A stretch of DNA of 34,392 bases from Candidatus Rokuibacteriota bacterium (GTDB lineage: Bacteria > Methylomirabilota > Methylomirabilia > Rokubacteriales > CSP1-6): NCBI GenBank assembly GCA_016184305.1, contig JACPCX010000182.1, positions 1 through 34,392 on the forward strand, given 5' to 3'. The position numbers and the translations under genes are program-made. The notes under the pieces were generated by a model, which saw nothing but the letters and a program-made list of their open reading frames with translations, ran no database searches and had not been told where the DNA came from. Positions 19,557 to 27,848 of the stretch are shown one piece after another (the first letter of the stretch is position 1; each line of letters opens with the position of its first letter).

Positions 19557-20863
19557 TGCGGCGCCTCGACACGAGCGCGATGGGCGTCGACGGCGTGGTC
19601 CAGGCTCTGGATCGCGCTCCCGAGAGCGTGGATGCGGAGATCCATCAGCGCGTCGGGGAGATCGTGACCGCCGTGCGGGAGAAGGGGGATGCGGCGCTCG
19701 TGGAGCTCACCGCGCGCTTCGACCGGGTCACGCTCGCGCCCCGGGATCTGGCCGTGACCCCTGCCGAGTACGAGGCGGCGGAGCGCCAGGTGGGGACGAG
19801 GACCGTCGAGGCCCTGCGCTATGCAGCCGCGCGGATCGATCGCTTCCATCGGGCGGCCATGCCCCGCCCGTGGAGCATGACGGACGGCACCGGATCGGTG
19901 GTCGGCCAGGAGATCCGCCCGCTGGACCGGGTCGGCATCTACGTCCCGGGAGGCCGCGCGGCCTACCCGTCCACGGTGCTGATGACCGCCGTGCCTGCGC
20001 GCGTGGCCGGCGTCAGGGACATCGTGCTGGTCTCGCCGCCGGCGGCCGACCGGTCGCTCAACCCGGTTGTGCTGGTCGCCGCGCGCATCGCCGGCGTCAC
20101 GGAGGCCTACCGGGTCGGCGGTGCCCAGGCCGTCGCGGCCCTGGCCTACGGCACCGAGACGATCCGCCGCGTGGACAAGATCGTGGGCCCGGGGAACATC
20201 TACGTGGCGCTCGCCAAGGGGCGGGTCTTCGGCGACGTCGGGATTGACATGCTGGCGGGCCCGAGCGAGGTGGTGGTGATCGCCGATGACGGTGCGGATC
20301 CCGTGTGGGTCGCGGCAGATCTCCTGGCCCAGGCCGAGCACGACCCCATGGCCCGTGCGGTGCTGCTGACCCCGTCGAGGGCCCTGCGGGACCGTGTCGA
20401 GGCCGAGACCGCGCGCCAGCTGGCGACGCTCGGCCGGCGGGAGATCGCGGCCAGCGCGCTCCGCACCAACGGCGCGCTCGTGCTCACGGCGACGCTGGAG
20501 GAGGCGGTGGAGGTGGCGAACCGGCTGGCCCCGGAGCACCTCGAGCTGGTCGTGTCGGACCCCGACGCGCTCCTGGCTCGCGTGAAGAACGCCGGGGCGG
20601 TGTTCCTCGGCGGGTTCACGCCGGAGGTCGTCGGCGACTACGTGGCGGGACCCAATCACGTCCTGCCCACCGGTGGGACCGCGCGCTTCTCGTCCGCCCT
20701 TGGCACCGGGGACTTCGTCAAGCGGCTCAGCGTGATCCGGTACTCGACCACGGGGCTCGCGGAAGCCTGGCCCCACCTGGCGGAGCTCGCGCGCGTGGAG
20801 GGGCTCGACGCCCACGGCGCGGCAGCCAGAGTGCGCATCACCAACGCGGGAGGCGGAGCATGA
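19553..20863 (+). CDS. hisD: Histidinol dehydrogenase
   Basis: YVPGG.AAYPS, GPGNIYV, AGPSE, QAEHD, APEHL and DYVAGPNHVLPT motifs. Confidence 0.97.
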   Translation: MMRRLDTSAMGVDGVVQALDRAPESVDAEIHQRVGEIVTAVREKGDAALVELTARFDRVTLAPRDLAVTPAEYEAAERQVGTRTVEALRYAAARIDRFHRAAMPRPWSMTDGTGSVVGQEIRPLDRVGIYVPGGRAAYPSTVLMTAVPARVAGVRDIVLVSPPAADRSLNPVVLVAARIAGVTEAYRVGGAQAVAALAYGTETIRRVDKIVGPGNIYVALAKGRVFGDVGIDMLAGPSEVVVIADDGADPVWVAADLLAQAEHDPMARAVLLTPSRALRDRVEAETARQLATLGRREIAASALRTNGALVLTATLEEAVEVANRLAPEHLELVVSDPDALLARVKNAGAVFLGGFTPEVVGDYVAGPNHVLPTGGTARFSSALGTGDFVKRLSVIRYSTTGLAEAWPHLAELARVEGLDAHGAAARVRITNAGGGA

Positions 20864-21480
20864 GCGCAGAGCGCCGAGGGGGGCAGCCCGAGATCCCGCG
20901 CCAGGCCCGGGTCGAGCGCAAGACCAAGGAGACGCAGATCGTGCTGCAGCTCAACCTGGACGGCACCGGCGCCTCGACAGTCGAGACCACGATCCCCTTC
21001 TTCAACCACATGCTCGAGGCGTGGTCCAGGCACGGCCTCATGGACCTGACCGTGTACGCCAGGGGCGACACCGAGGTGGATCTCCACCACACGGTGGAGG
21101 ACGTGGGCATCTGTCTCGGCCGCGCCTTCAAGGAGGCCGTGGGCGACAAGAGGGGGATCGTCCGCTACGGGGCGTCCTTCCTGCCCATGGACGAGGCGCT
21201 GCTCCACGCGGCGGTGGATCTCTCCGGGCGGCCGTACCTCGTCTTCAACGTGCCGCTCCAGCGCACGCGGATCTCGAACTTCGACCTGGATCTGCTGAAG
21301 GACTTCTTCCGCGCCTTCGCCTTCAACGCCGAGGTCACGCTGCACGTCAACATGCACTACGGCGAGAACCTGCACCACATCGCCGAGGCCACCTTCAAGG
21401 CGGTGGCGCGCGCGCTGGCCGAGGCCACGCGGCTCGACCAGCGCATCAGCGACGTCCTCTCCACGAAGGGCACGCTGTGA
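20860..21480 (+). CDS. hisB: Imidazoleglycerol-phosphate dehydratase
   Basis: R.TKET.I, HHTVED, PMDEAL, NLHHIAE and STKGTL motifs. Confidence 0.97.
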   Translation: MSAERRGGQPEIPRQARVERKTKETQIVLQLNLDGTGASTVETTIPFFNHMLEAWSRHGLMDLTVYARGDTEVDLHHTVEDVGICLGRAFKEAVGDKRGIVRYGASFLPMDEALLHAAVDLSGRPYLVFNVPLQRTRISNFDLDLLKDFFRAFAFNAEVTLHVNMHYGENLHHIAEATFKAVARALAEATRLDQRISDVLSTKGTL

Positions 21481-21512
21481 GCGGTACGCCCGTCGAGCGG
21501 GCGCCCCGATGA
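21477..21512 (+). CDS. 11-aa mini-ORF (VSGTPVERAPR), candidate coupling relay
   Basis: GTG overlaps the hisB stop (GTGA); its TGA overlaps the ATG at 21509 (ATGA). Confidence 0.35.
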   Translation: MSGTPVERAPR

Positions 21513-21655
21513 GCCCGATGAGGGCGAAGAGGCCCAACCGCAAGCCGATGTCATCCACATTCAGGCGAGACCATAGTGGACTGGGCGCCCCGATGAGCCC
21601 GATGAGGGCGAAGAGGCCAAGCCGCAACCCGATGTCATTCACATTCAGGCGAGAC
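21499..21655 (+). repeat. Two tandem copies (period 84 nt) of a 73-nt repeat, shared with the ispD 3' end
   Basis: 21499-21571 and 21583-21655 differ at 4 positions; homologous to 30957-31096. Confidence 0.92.
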
Positions 21656-21661
21656 AATTGA
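21509..21661 (+). CDS. 50-aa repeat-encoded basic peptide (MSPMRAKRPNRKPMSSTFRRDHSGLGAPMSPMRAKRPSRNPMSFTFRRDN)
   Basis: Open frame across both repeats; its stop overlaps the hisH TTG (TTGA); same frame as the IspD tail. Confidence 0.45.
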   Translation: MSPMRAKRPNRKPMSSTFRRDHSGLGAPMSPMRAKRPSRNPMSFTFRRDN

Positions 21662-22281
21662 TTGCTGTAGTGGACTACGGGCGGGGCAACCTCGGCAGCG
21701 TCGAGAAGGCCTTCGGGCGACTCGGCATGAACGCCGTGGTCACCCAGGAGGCCAGAGTGGTCGAGGACGCCGAGGGCGTTGTGCTCCCGGGCGACGGCGC
21801 GTTCCACGACGCCATGAGCACCCTGCAGGAGCTGGGCCTGCTGGGCCCGCTACGGGCGGCCCTCGATGACGGGCGTCCGTTCCTGGGGATTTGCCTCGGC
21901 TACCAGCTCCTGTTCAGCGAGAGCGAGGAGTTCGGCCAGGGCAAGGGCCTCGACGTGATCCCCGGCGCTGTGCGGCGCTTCCCGCCGGGGCTCAAGGTGC
22001 CGCACATGGGCTGGAACCAGGTGGAGCACACCGGGGACCTCCAGATCTTCGACGGGATCCCGAGCGGCGCCAACTTCTACTTCGTGCACTCCTACTACCC
22101 CGACACGGCGGATCCGTCGCTGTCCGTCGCGACCTGCACGTACGGGATCACCTTCCCGGCGGCGGTCGGGCGCGGCGCGCTGTTCGCCACGCAGTTCCAC
22201 CCGGAGAAGAGCCAGCGCTGGGGCCTCCGGCTGCTGGAGAACTTCGCCGCGTTCGTGAGGGACCGCCGCCGCGTGCCATGA
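21658..22281 (+). CDS. hisH: Imidazole glycerol phosphate synthase, glutamine amidotransferase subunit
   Basis: IAVVDYG.GNL.SV, LGICLG, PHMGWN, YFVHSY and QFHPEKS motifs; TTG start. Confidence 0.96.
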   Translation: MIAVVDYGRGNLGSVEKAFGRLGMNAVVTQEARVVEDAEGVVLPGDGAFHDAMSTLQELGLLGPLRAALDDGRPFLGICLGYQLLFSESEEFGQGKGLDVIPGAVRRFPPGLKVPHMGWNQVEHTGDLQIFDGIPSGANFYFVHSYYPDTADPSLSVATCTYGITFPAAVGRGALFATQFHPEKSQRWGLRLLENFAAFVRDRRRVP

Positions 22282-23003
22282 GCTTCCTCGTGATCCCCGC
22301 CATCGATCTGAAACGCGGGCGCTGTGTGCGCCTGGTGCAGGGCCGCGCCGAGAACGAGACCGTCTTCTCCGAGGACCCGGTCGCGACGGCTCTCCAGTGG
22401 CAGGCGCAGGGTGCCCCGCGGCTGCACGTGGTGGACCTGGACGGTGCCTGGGCCGGCGCGCCGGCGCAGGCCGCGATCGTGCGAGCGATCATCGGTGCGC
22501 TCTCGATCCCCGTCCAGGTGGGCGGTGGGCTGCGTGACCGCGCGTCGGTGGAACAGGTGCTCGAGGCAGGGGCCCGCTGGGCGGTGATCGGCACGCGGGC
22601 TGCCCTCGATCCGACCTTCCTCGGGGAGATCTGCCGGGCGTGCGACGAGCGGATCATCGTGTCGGTGGATGCCTCGGATGGCCGGGTCGCCGTGGACGGC
22701 TGGACGCGCGTCCTCGACCTCGACGCGGTCGCCCTCGTGCGCGATGCCGCGGCGGCCGGGGCCGCAGCCATCCTCTACACGGACATCGCGCGCGACGGCA
22801 CCCAGCAAGGACCGAACCTGTGGAGCACCGAGGCCGTGGCGAAGGCGGCCGGCATTGCCATCCTCGCCTCCGGAGGAGTGTCCTGTCTCGACGACCTCCG
22901 CCAGCTCGCCGGCATCCCGGGGGTGGAGGGGGCCATCGTGGGACGCGCGCTCTACAGCGGGGCGGTGGACCTGCGTCGTGCCCTCGCCGAAGTCGGCGGG
23001 TGA
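22278..23003 (+). CDS. hisA: ProFAR isomerase
   Basis: IPAIDL..G.CVRL.QG, LHVVDLDGA, QVGGG.R and TDIARDG motifs. Confidence 0.96.
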   Translation: MSFLVIPAIDLKRGRCVRLVQGRAENETVFSEDPVATALQWQAQGAPRLHVVDLDGAWAGAPAQAAIVRAIIGALSIPVQVGGGLRDRASVEQVLEAGARWAVIGTRAALDPTFLGEICRACDERIIVSVDASDGRVAVDGWTRVLDLDAVALVRDAAAAGAAAILYTDIARDGTQQGPNLWSTEAVAKAAGIAILASGGVSCLDDLRQLAGIPGVEGAIVGRALYSGAVDLRRALAEVGG

Positions 23004-23012
23004 GCCCGGGCC

Positions 23013-23792
23013 ATGCTCTGCAAGCGGCTGATCCCTTGCCTCGACGTGAGAGACGGTCGCGTGGTCAAGGGCGTGCGCTTCGTGAACTTGAGGGACGCGG
23101 GCGATCCCGTGGAGGCTGCCCAGGCCTATGATCAGCAGGGGGCGGACGAGCTCGTGTTTCTCGACATCACGGCCTCCCACGAGGGCCGCGCGATCATGCT
23201 GGAGGTGGTGCGCCGGACCGCCGAGGGCATCTACATGCCACTGACCGTGGGCGGCGGTGTCCGGACGCTCGAGGACATCCGCACGCTCCTGCGCGCGGGG
23301 GCCGACAAGGTCTCGCTGAACACGGCGGCGCTGGCGCGTCCGGAGCTGGTGCGGGAGGCGGCCCGGGCCTTCGGGAGCCAGTGCATCGTGGTGGCCATCG
23401 ACGCGAAGCGGGAGCCGCCGGACAACGGGGCGCCCCCGCACTGGACCGTGTTCACCCACGGAGGGCGCCGGCCGACGGGACGGGATGCCCTGCGCTGGGC
23501 GCGGGAGGTCGAGGCGCTTGGCGCCGGCGAACTCCTGCTCACCAGCATGGATCGCGACGGGACGGGCGATGGCTACGACCTCCCGCTGACGCGTGCCGTG
23601 TCGGAGGCGGTGTCGGTCCCGGTGATCGCCTCCGGCGGCGCCGGGACCCTCGATGACCTCTACGACGGCGTGGCCGAGGGCAAGGCGGACGCGGTTCTCG
23701 TGGCCTCCCTGTTCCATTTCGGGCGATACACTATCGGGGAGGCCAAGGCCTATCTCAGGGAGCGGGGCGTCCCGGTGCGGATCGAACCATGA
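23013..23792 (+). CDS. hisF: Imidazole glycerol phosphate synthase, cyclase subunit
   Basis: [27 protein letters not shown] and LTSMDRDGT motifs. Confidence 0.97.
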   Translation: MLCKRLIPCLDVRDGRVVKGVRFVNLRDAGDPVEAAQAYDQQGADELVFLDITASHEGRAIMLEVVRRTAEGIYMPLTVGGGVRTLEDIRTLLRAGADKVSLNTAALARPELVREAARAFGSQCIVVAIDAKREPPDNGAPPHWTVFTHGGRRPTGRDALRWAREVEALGAGELLLTSMDRDGTGDGYDLPLTRAVSEAVSVPVIASGGAGTLDDLYDGVAEGKADAVLVASLFHFGRYTIGEAKAYLRERGVPVRIEP

Positions 23793-24466
23793 GCGTCGAG
23801 ACCGAGCTCACGTGGGACGCGGCCGGGCTGATTCCGGCGGTGGTGCAGGAAAGCGAGACCGGCGAGGTGCTCATGGTCGCGTGGATGGATCGGGCGGCGC
23901 TCGACAAGACCCTCGAGACCGGGCTCGGACACTTCTGGTCGCGCTCCCGCCGGGAGCTCTGGCGCAAGGGAGGGACCTCGGGACATATCCAGCACGTGGA
24001 CGGTGTCTACGCCGACTGCGACCGGGACACGCTCCTGCTCCAGGTGCACCAGGCGGGTGTTGCCTGCCACACGGGCGCCCGCTCGTGCTTTTTCACGCGG
24101 ATCGGGGGCAGAGCGCTCGCAGAGGGCCATGCCGGGCGGCCGGGACCGATGCTGCTGGAGACCATCGAGCGCGTGATCCAGTCGCGCAAGGTGGAGCGTC
24201 CGGCCGGATCCTATGTGGCCGGGCTCTTCGCCCGAGGCGAGGCCCATATCTGCCGGAAGATCGGGGAAGAAGCCACGGAGGTGGTCACCGCGGCGCTGGG
24301 CGGCGAGGGCGACGAGCGGGTGGTCTCGGAGGTCGCCGACCTGTGGTTCCACTCGATGGTCCTCCTCGCGGGGCGCGGCATCCCGCTGCGCCGGGTCTTC
24401 GCCGAGCTGGACCGGCGCCACGGCGGGCGGCCGCCGGAGGCCGCCCAGGGACGCTCGGGGGGATGA
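23789..24466 (+). CDS. hisIE: Bifunctional phosphoribosyl-AMP cyclohydrolase / phosphoribosyl-ATP pyrophosphatase
   Basis: SRSR.ELW.KG.TSG, DCD.D and ACHTG..SCF, then SY...L..KIGEEA.E and ADLWFH. Confidence 0.96.
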   Translation: MSVETELTWDAAGLIPAVVQESETGEVLMVAWMDRAALDKTLETGLGHFWSRSRRELWRKGGTSGHIQHVDGVYADCDRDTLLLQVHQAGVACHTGARSCFFTRIGGRALAEGHAGRPGPMLLETIERVIQSRKVERPAGSYVAGLFARGEAHICRKIGEEATEVVTAALGGEGDERVVSEVADLWFHSMVLLAGRGIPLRRVFAELDRRHGGRPPEAAQGRSGG

Positions 24467-24963
24467 AGGGGCCCGTCGCCGCGTGCGCGCTGCTGCTCCT
24501 GGCGGGCTGCAGCGCCGACCGGATCGAGAGGGGAGTGTTCCACTCGGGGAAGGGATACGAGGTGAGGCTGCCGGCCAGCGGGTGGCTGCTGGCTTCCGGG
24601 ACCAAGGCGGACCTCGAGCTCCGGCGCGAGGGCGCGGCGCCCGGCGGCATGCTGGCGGACGCGACCTGCCAGGGCCCGTCGCCCCGGCGTTCCCTCGGCG
24701 TGCTGGCGCGCCATCTCGTCTTCGGCCTGACGGACCGGTCGGACGTGGAGAGCCAGGAGACCGTGGTCGGCGGGCGACACGCCGTGCGGAGTCTCGTGCG
24801 CGGGCGGAGGGACGGTGCCCGGGTGGCCGTGGAGGCCGTGGTGGTGAAGGACGAGCGCTGCGTGTACGACTTCCTCTACGTGGCCCCCGCGGACCACTTC
24901 GAGGCCGGGCGCAGCGACTTCAGGGGGTTCGTCGAGAGCCTCGCTGTCGGGCGGGAGCCATGA
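24463..24963 (+). CDS. Hypothetical lipoprotein
   Basis: [16 protein letters not shown] lipobox; ATGA overlaps with both hisIE and mlaE; C-terminal CVYDFLYVAP..F....F..FV.S. Confidence 0.82.
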   Translation: MKGPVAACALLLLAGCSADRIERGVFHSGKGYEVRLPASGWLLASGTKADLELRREGAAPGGMLADATCQGPSPRRSLGVLARHLVFGLTDRSDVESQETVVGGRHAVRSLVRGRRDGARVAVEAVVVKDERCVYDFLYVAPADHFEAGRSDFRGFVESLAVGREP

Positions 24964-25739
24964 CCCTGGGGCAGTATGTCCAGAAGCACGGGCGCGAGGC
25001 GGTGATCTGGTACGGGGGCCTCGGGCTCCTGAGCGCCCAGGTCGCCCGGAACCTGGTCCTGCCGCGCTCGTACATCCACATCGTCGCCCGGGAGATCGAC
25101 ACCATCGGCGTCCGGTCGGTGGCCGTCGCCCTCACGGCCGCGCTCTTCACCGGGATGGTCCTGGCGCTCCAGAGCGCCGTGAACATGGCGCGCTTCGGCG
25201 CCGAGAACTACGTGGGGCCCGTCGTGGCCCTGTCCATCCTGCGGGAGCTGGGACCGGTTCTCACGGCCATCCTCGTGGGAGGCAAGGTGGCATCGGGCAT
25301 CACGGCCGAGCTGGGCTCCATGCAGGTCACGGAGCAGATCGACGCACTGCGCGCCATCGGCGTCAACTACATCAAGCGGCTCGTGGTGCCGCGCCTGATG
25401 GCCGCCGTGCTGGTGTTCCCGCTGGTGACCATCCTGGCCGACTTCGTCGGGATGCTCGGGGGCATGCTGATCGTGGTCTTCGAGCGGGACGTGGATCCGT
25501 ACCTCTACTGGAACACGATCTCCTACTGGGTCGTGCTGAAGGACTTCCTCACGGGACTCGTCAAGAGCGTGGCCTTCGGTGCCATCGTCACGCTCATCGG
25601 CTGCTACAACGGGCTGAACACGTCCGGGGGAACCGAGGGGCTGGGGCGCTCCACGACGGCCACGGTGGTCCAGGTGGCCATGGGCGTCATCGTCTCCGAC
25701 TTCTTCCTGACCAAGCTCCTGCTGTTCCTCTTCTGGTGA
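24960..25739 (+). CDS. mlaE: MlaE-family ABC transporter permease
   Basis: RELGPVLTA..GGKV.S.ITAELGSMQVTEQIDAL and LVVPR motifs. Confidence 0.93.
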   Translation: MTLGQYVQKHGREAVIWYGGLGLLSAQVARNLVLPRSYIHIVAREIDTIGVRSVAVALTAALFTGMVLALQSAVNMARFGAENYVGPVVALSILRELGPVLTAILVGGKVASGITAELGSMQVTEQIDALRAIGVNYIKRLVVPRLMAAVLVFPLVTILADFVGMLGGMLIVVFERDVDPYLYWNTISYWVVLKDFLTGLVKSVAFGAIVTLIGCYNGLNTSGGTEGLGRSTTATVVQVAMGVIVSDFFLTKLLLFLFW

Positions 25740-26497
25740 CGGCCATGAGCGCGCCCGGGTCGCCGGTGCAGGTGCGGGAGGTGTGGAAGGCGTTCGAGCA
25801 GAAGCCGGTGCTGCGCGGGGTCAGCTTCGCCCTGGCGAAGGGGACGACGCTGGCCGTCATGGGCGGGAGCGGAACCGGCAAGACCGTGCTCCTGCGGATC
25901 GTCGCCGGGCTCCTGCGGCCCGACGCGGGGCAGGTGGCGCTGTTCGGGACGCGGATCGACACCATGCGGGAGGAACAGATGCTGGCGCTGCGACGGCGCA
26001 CCGGCTTCGTCTTCCAGGGGGCGGCGCTCTTCGACTCGCTGTCGGTCTTCGAGAACGTGGCGTTCCCGCTCCGGGAGCACACGAGCCTGTCCCTCGGGGA
26101 GATCACGGACCGGGTGCACCGGTTCCTCTCCCTGGTCGGACTGCCCGGGACGGACGACCTGCTCCCGGCGGCGCTGTCCGGCGGCATGCGCAAGCGCGTG
26201 GGGATCGCGCGGGCCCTCGTCATGGAGCCCGAGGTGGTGTTCTTCGACGAGCCCACGGCCGGGCTGGATCCGACCAACGCGCGGCTCGTGTCCGAGCTGA
26301 TCGCCGAGCTGCGGGCCGGCGTCTGCGACACGGCCATCGTCGTGACCCACGACCTGGAGTTCGCCGAGATGGTGGCGGACCAGATGGCCATTCTCCATCA
26401 GGGACGGTTCGCGGACGTGGGGACACCTGCCGAGATCCGCCGCTCGACCAGCCACGACGTCCAGCGGTTCCTGGCCGGCGAGCTCCGGGAAAGCTGA
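25736..26497 (+). CDS. mlaF: MlaF-family ABC transporter ATPase
   Basis: GGSGTGKT, FQGAALFDSL, LSGGMRKRV and DEPTAGLDP motifs. Confidence 0.93.
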   Translation: MTAMSAPGSPVQVREVWKAFEQKPVLRGVSFALAKGTTLAVMGGSGTGKTVLLRIVAGLLRPDAGQVALFGTRIDTMREEQMLALRRRTGFVFQGAALFDSLSVFENVAFPLREHTSLSLGEITDRVHRFLSLVGLPGTDDLLPAALSGGMRKRVGIARALVMEPEVVFFDEPTAGLDPTNARLVSELIAELRAGVCDTAIVVTHDLEFAEMVADQMAILHQGRFADVGTPAEIRRSTSHDVQRFLAGELRES

Positions 26498-26501
26498 AAC
26501 G

Positions 26502-27848
26502 ATGGACGGCCGCCACTACGCCCTGCAGCTCCGCATCGGCGCCTTCGTCGTGATCTCGCTCGTCGTGTTCCTGGGCATCATCTACTTGCTGGGCGCCCAG
26601 GCGCGGTACTTCGAGCGCAAGTACGATCTCGTCGCCGAGTTCACCGAGGTGGGCGGGCTCATCGAGGGGGCCACCGTGCGGCTGGCGGGCGTGCAGATCG
26701 GGCGGGTGACGAACGTGGCCCTGGCCCCCCAGGCCGGCGGCAAGGTGCGGGTCACGCTCACCATCGCGCGGCGGTTCTCGGACCGCATCCGGCAGAACTC
26801 CGAGGCGAGGATCGTCACCCAGGGTCTCCTCGGCGACAAGCTCGTGGAGATCACCATGGGCATGCCGGACTCTCGGCCCCTCGCGCCGGGCAGCACCCTG
26901 CAGACCCGCGAGCCCTTCGAGGTCGGGCGCATGTTCGCCGAGGGCACCGACGCGCTCTCGGCGATCAACAGGCTCGTCCTCTCGCTCCAGGCGAGCCTCG
27001 ACCGGCTGAACACGGCCGGCACACTCGAGGACCTCGACGCCGCGGTCAAGTCCACGCGCCGGGTCACCGAGCGGCTGGACGGGCTGGGGCGCGACGGGGC
27101 CTTCGGCGATGTGGCGGCCGCGGCCCGCTCCGCCCGCCAGGTCACCGAGCGGCTGGAAGGGTTGGGGCTCGACGGGGCCTTCGGCGATGTGGCGGCCGCG
27201 GCCCGCTCCGCCCGCCGGATCACCGAGCAGGTCGAGAAGGGCGGCGGCTGGCTCCACACGCTGGTCTACGAGGAACCCGAGGCGCTCCGCCGGCTCAACA
27301 CCCTCCTGGGTTCGGCGCAGGAGGTACTGGCCCGGACCCGGACGGGGGACAGTGCCGTCGGCGCGCTGCTGTCACCGGAGAGCGGACGCTCGGTGCGGGC
27401 GCTGCTCGCCGCCATGGACGCCTTCGGGCGCGGCGCCGAGCTGGCGGGAGGCGGCCAGGGGCTGCTCTCGACGCTCCTCTTCGATCCGCAGTACAAGCCC
27501 ATCGTCGAGGACCTCCAGATGGTGGCCCGCAACTTCCGCGAGCTCTCCGAGCGCCTCGCGCGAGGCCAGGGGCTCCTCGCCGGTCTCCTGCGTGAGCAGG
27601 GCGACAGCCCGCTGGACCAGGCGGCAGCCGACTTCCGCACCGCCATGTCGAACCTGCGGACCATCACCGACCGTCTCAAGGCCGGCGAGGGGACCCTTGG
27701 CGGGCTCCTCGAAGATCCCACCGTCTACGAGAACATCGCCGCGTTCCTCGAAGGCGCGCAGCGGAGCTTCCTCCTGCGATCACTGATCCGGTCGACCATC
27801 CAGAGCGGCGGGGACGGAACCTCGCCGTCGAGGACGGGCGGACGCTGA
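26502..27848 (+). CDS. mlaD: MlaD/MCE-domain protein with long helical extension
   Basis: N-terminal TM helix; GL..GA.VRLAGVQIGRV and I.TQGLLGDK.VEI MCE motifs; GTLG.L..DP.VY tail. Confidence 0.9.
   Translation: MDGRHYALQLRIGAFVVISLVVFLGIIYLLGAQARYFERKYDLVAEFTEVGGLIEGATVRLAGVQIGRVTNVALAPQAGGKVRVTLTIARRFSDRIRQNSEARIVTQGLLGDKLVEITMGMPDSRPLAPGSTLQTREPFEVGRMFAEGTDALSAINRLVLSLQASLDRLNTAGTLEDLDAAVKSTRRVTERLDGLGRDGAFGDVAAAARSARQVTERLEGLGLDGAFGDVAAAARSARRITEQVEKGGGWLHTLVYEEPEALRRLNTLLGSAQEVLARTRTGDSAVGALLSPESGRSVRALLAAMDAFGRGAELAGGGQGLLSTLLFDPQYKPIVEDLQMVARNFRELSERLARGQGLLAGLLREQGDSPLDQAAADFRTAMSNLRTITDRLKAGEGTLGGLLEDPTVYENIAAFLEGAQRSFLLRSLIRSTIQSGGDGTSPSRTGGR
27062..27217 (+). repeat. 78-nt (26-aa) tandem duplication inside mlaD
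   Basis: ggtcaccgagcggctgga at 27062 and 27140; peptide VTERL(D/E)GLG(R/L)DGAFGDVAAAARSAR occurs twice. Confidence 0.9.

Noticed and set aside
21505..21560. Hammerhead-ribozyme-like core (CCGAUGA-stem-CGAAG) in the repeat
   Set aside because: The core deviates from CUGANGA/GAAA at two conserved positions, and I could not build stems I and III with a cleavage triplet.
21499..21655. CRISPR array
   Set aside because: Units are too long (73 nt) with only an 11-nt linker, there are two copies, and no cas genes are present.
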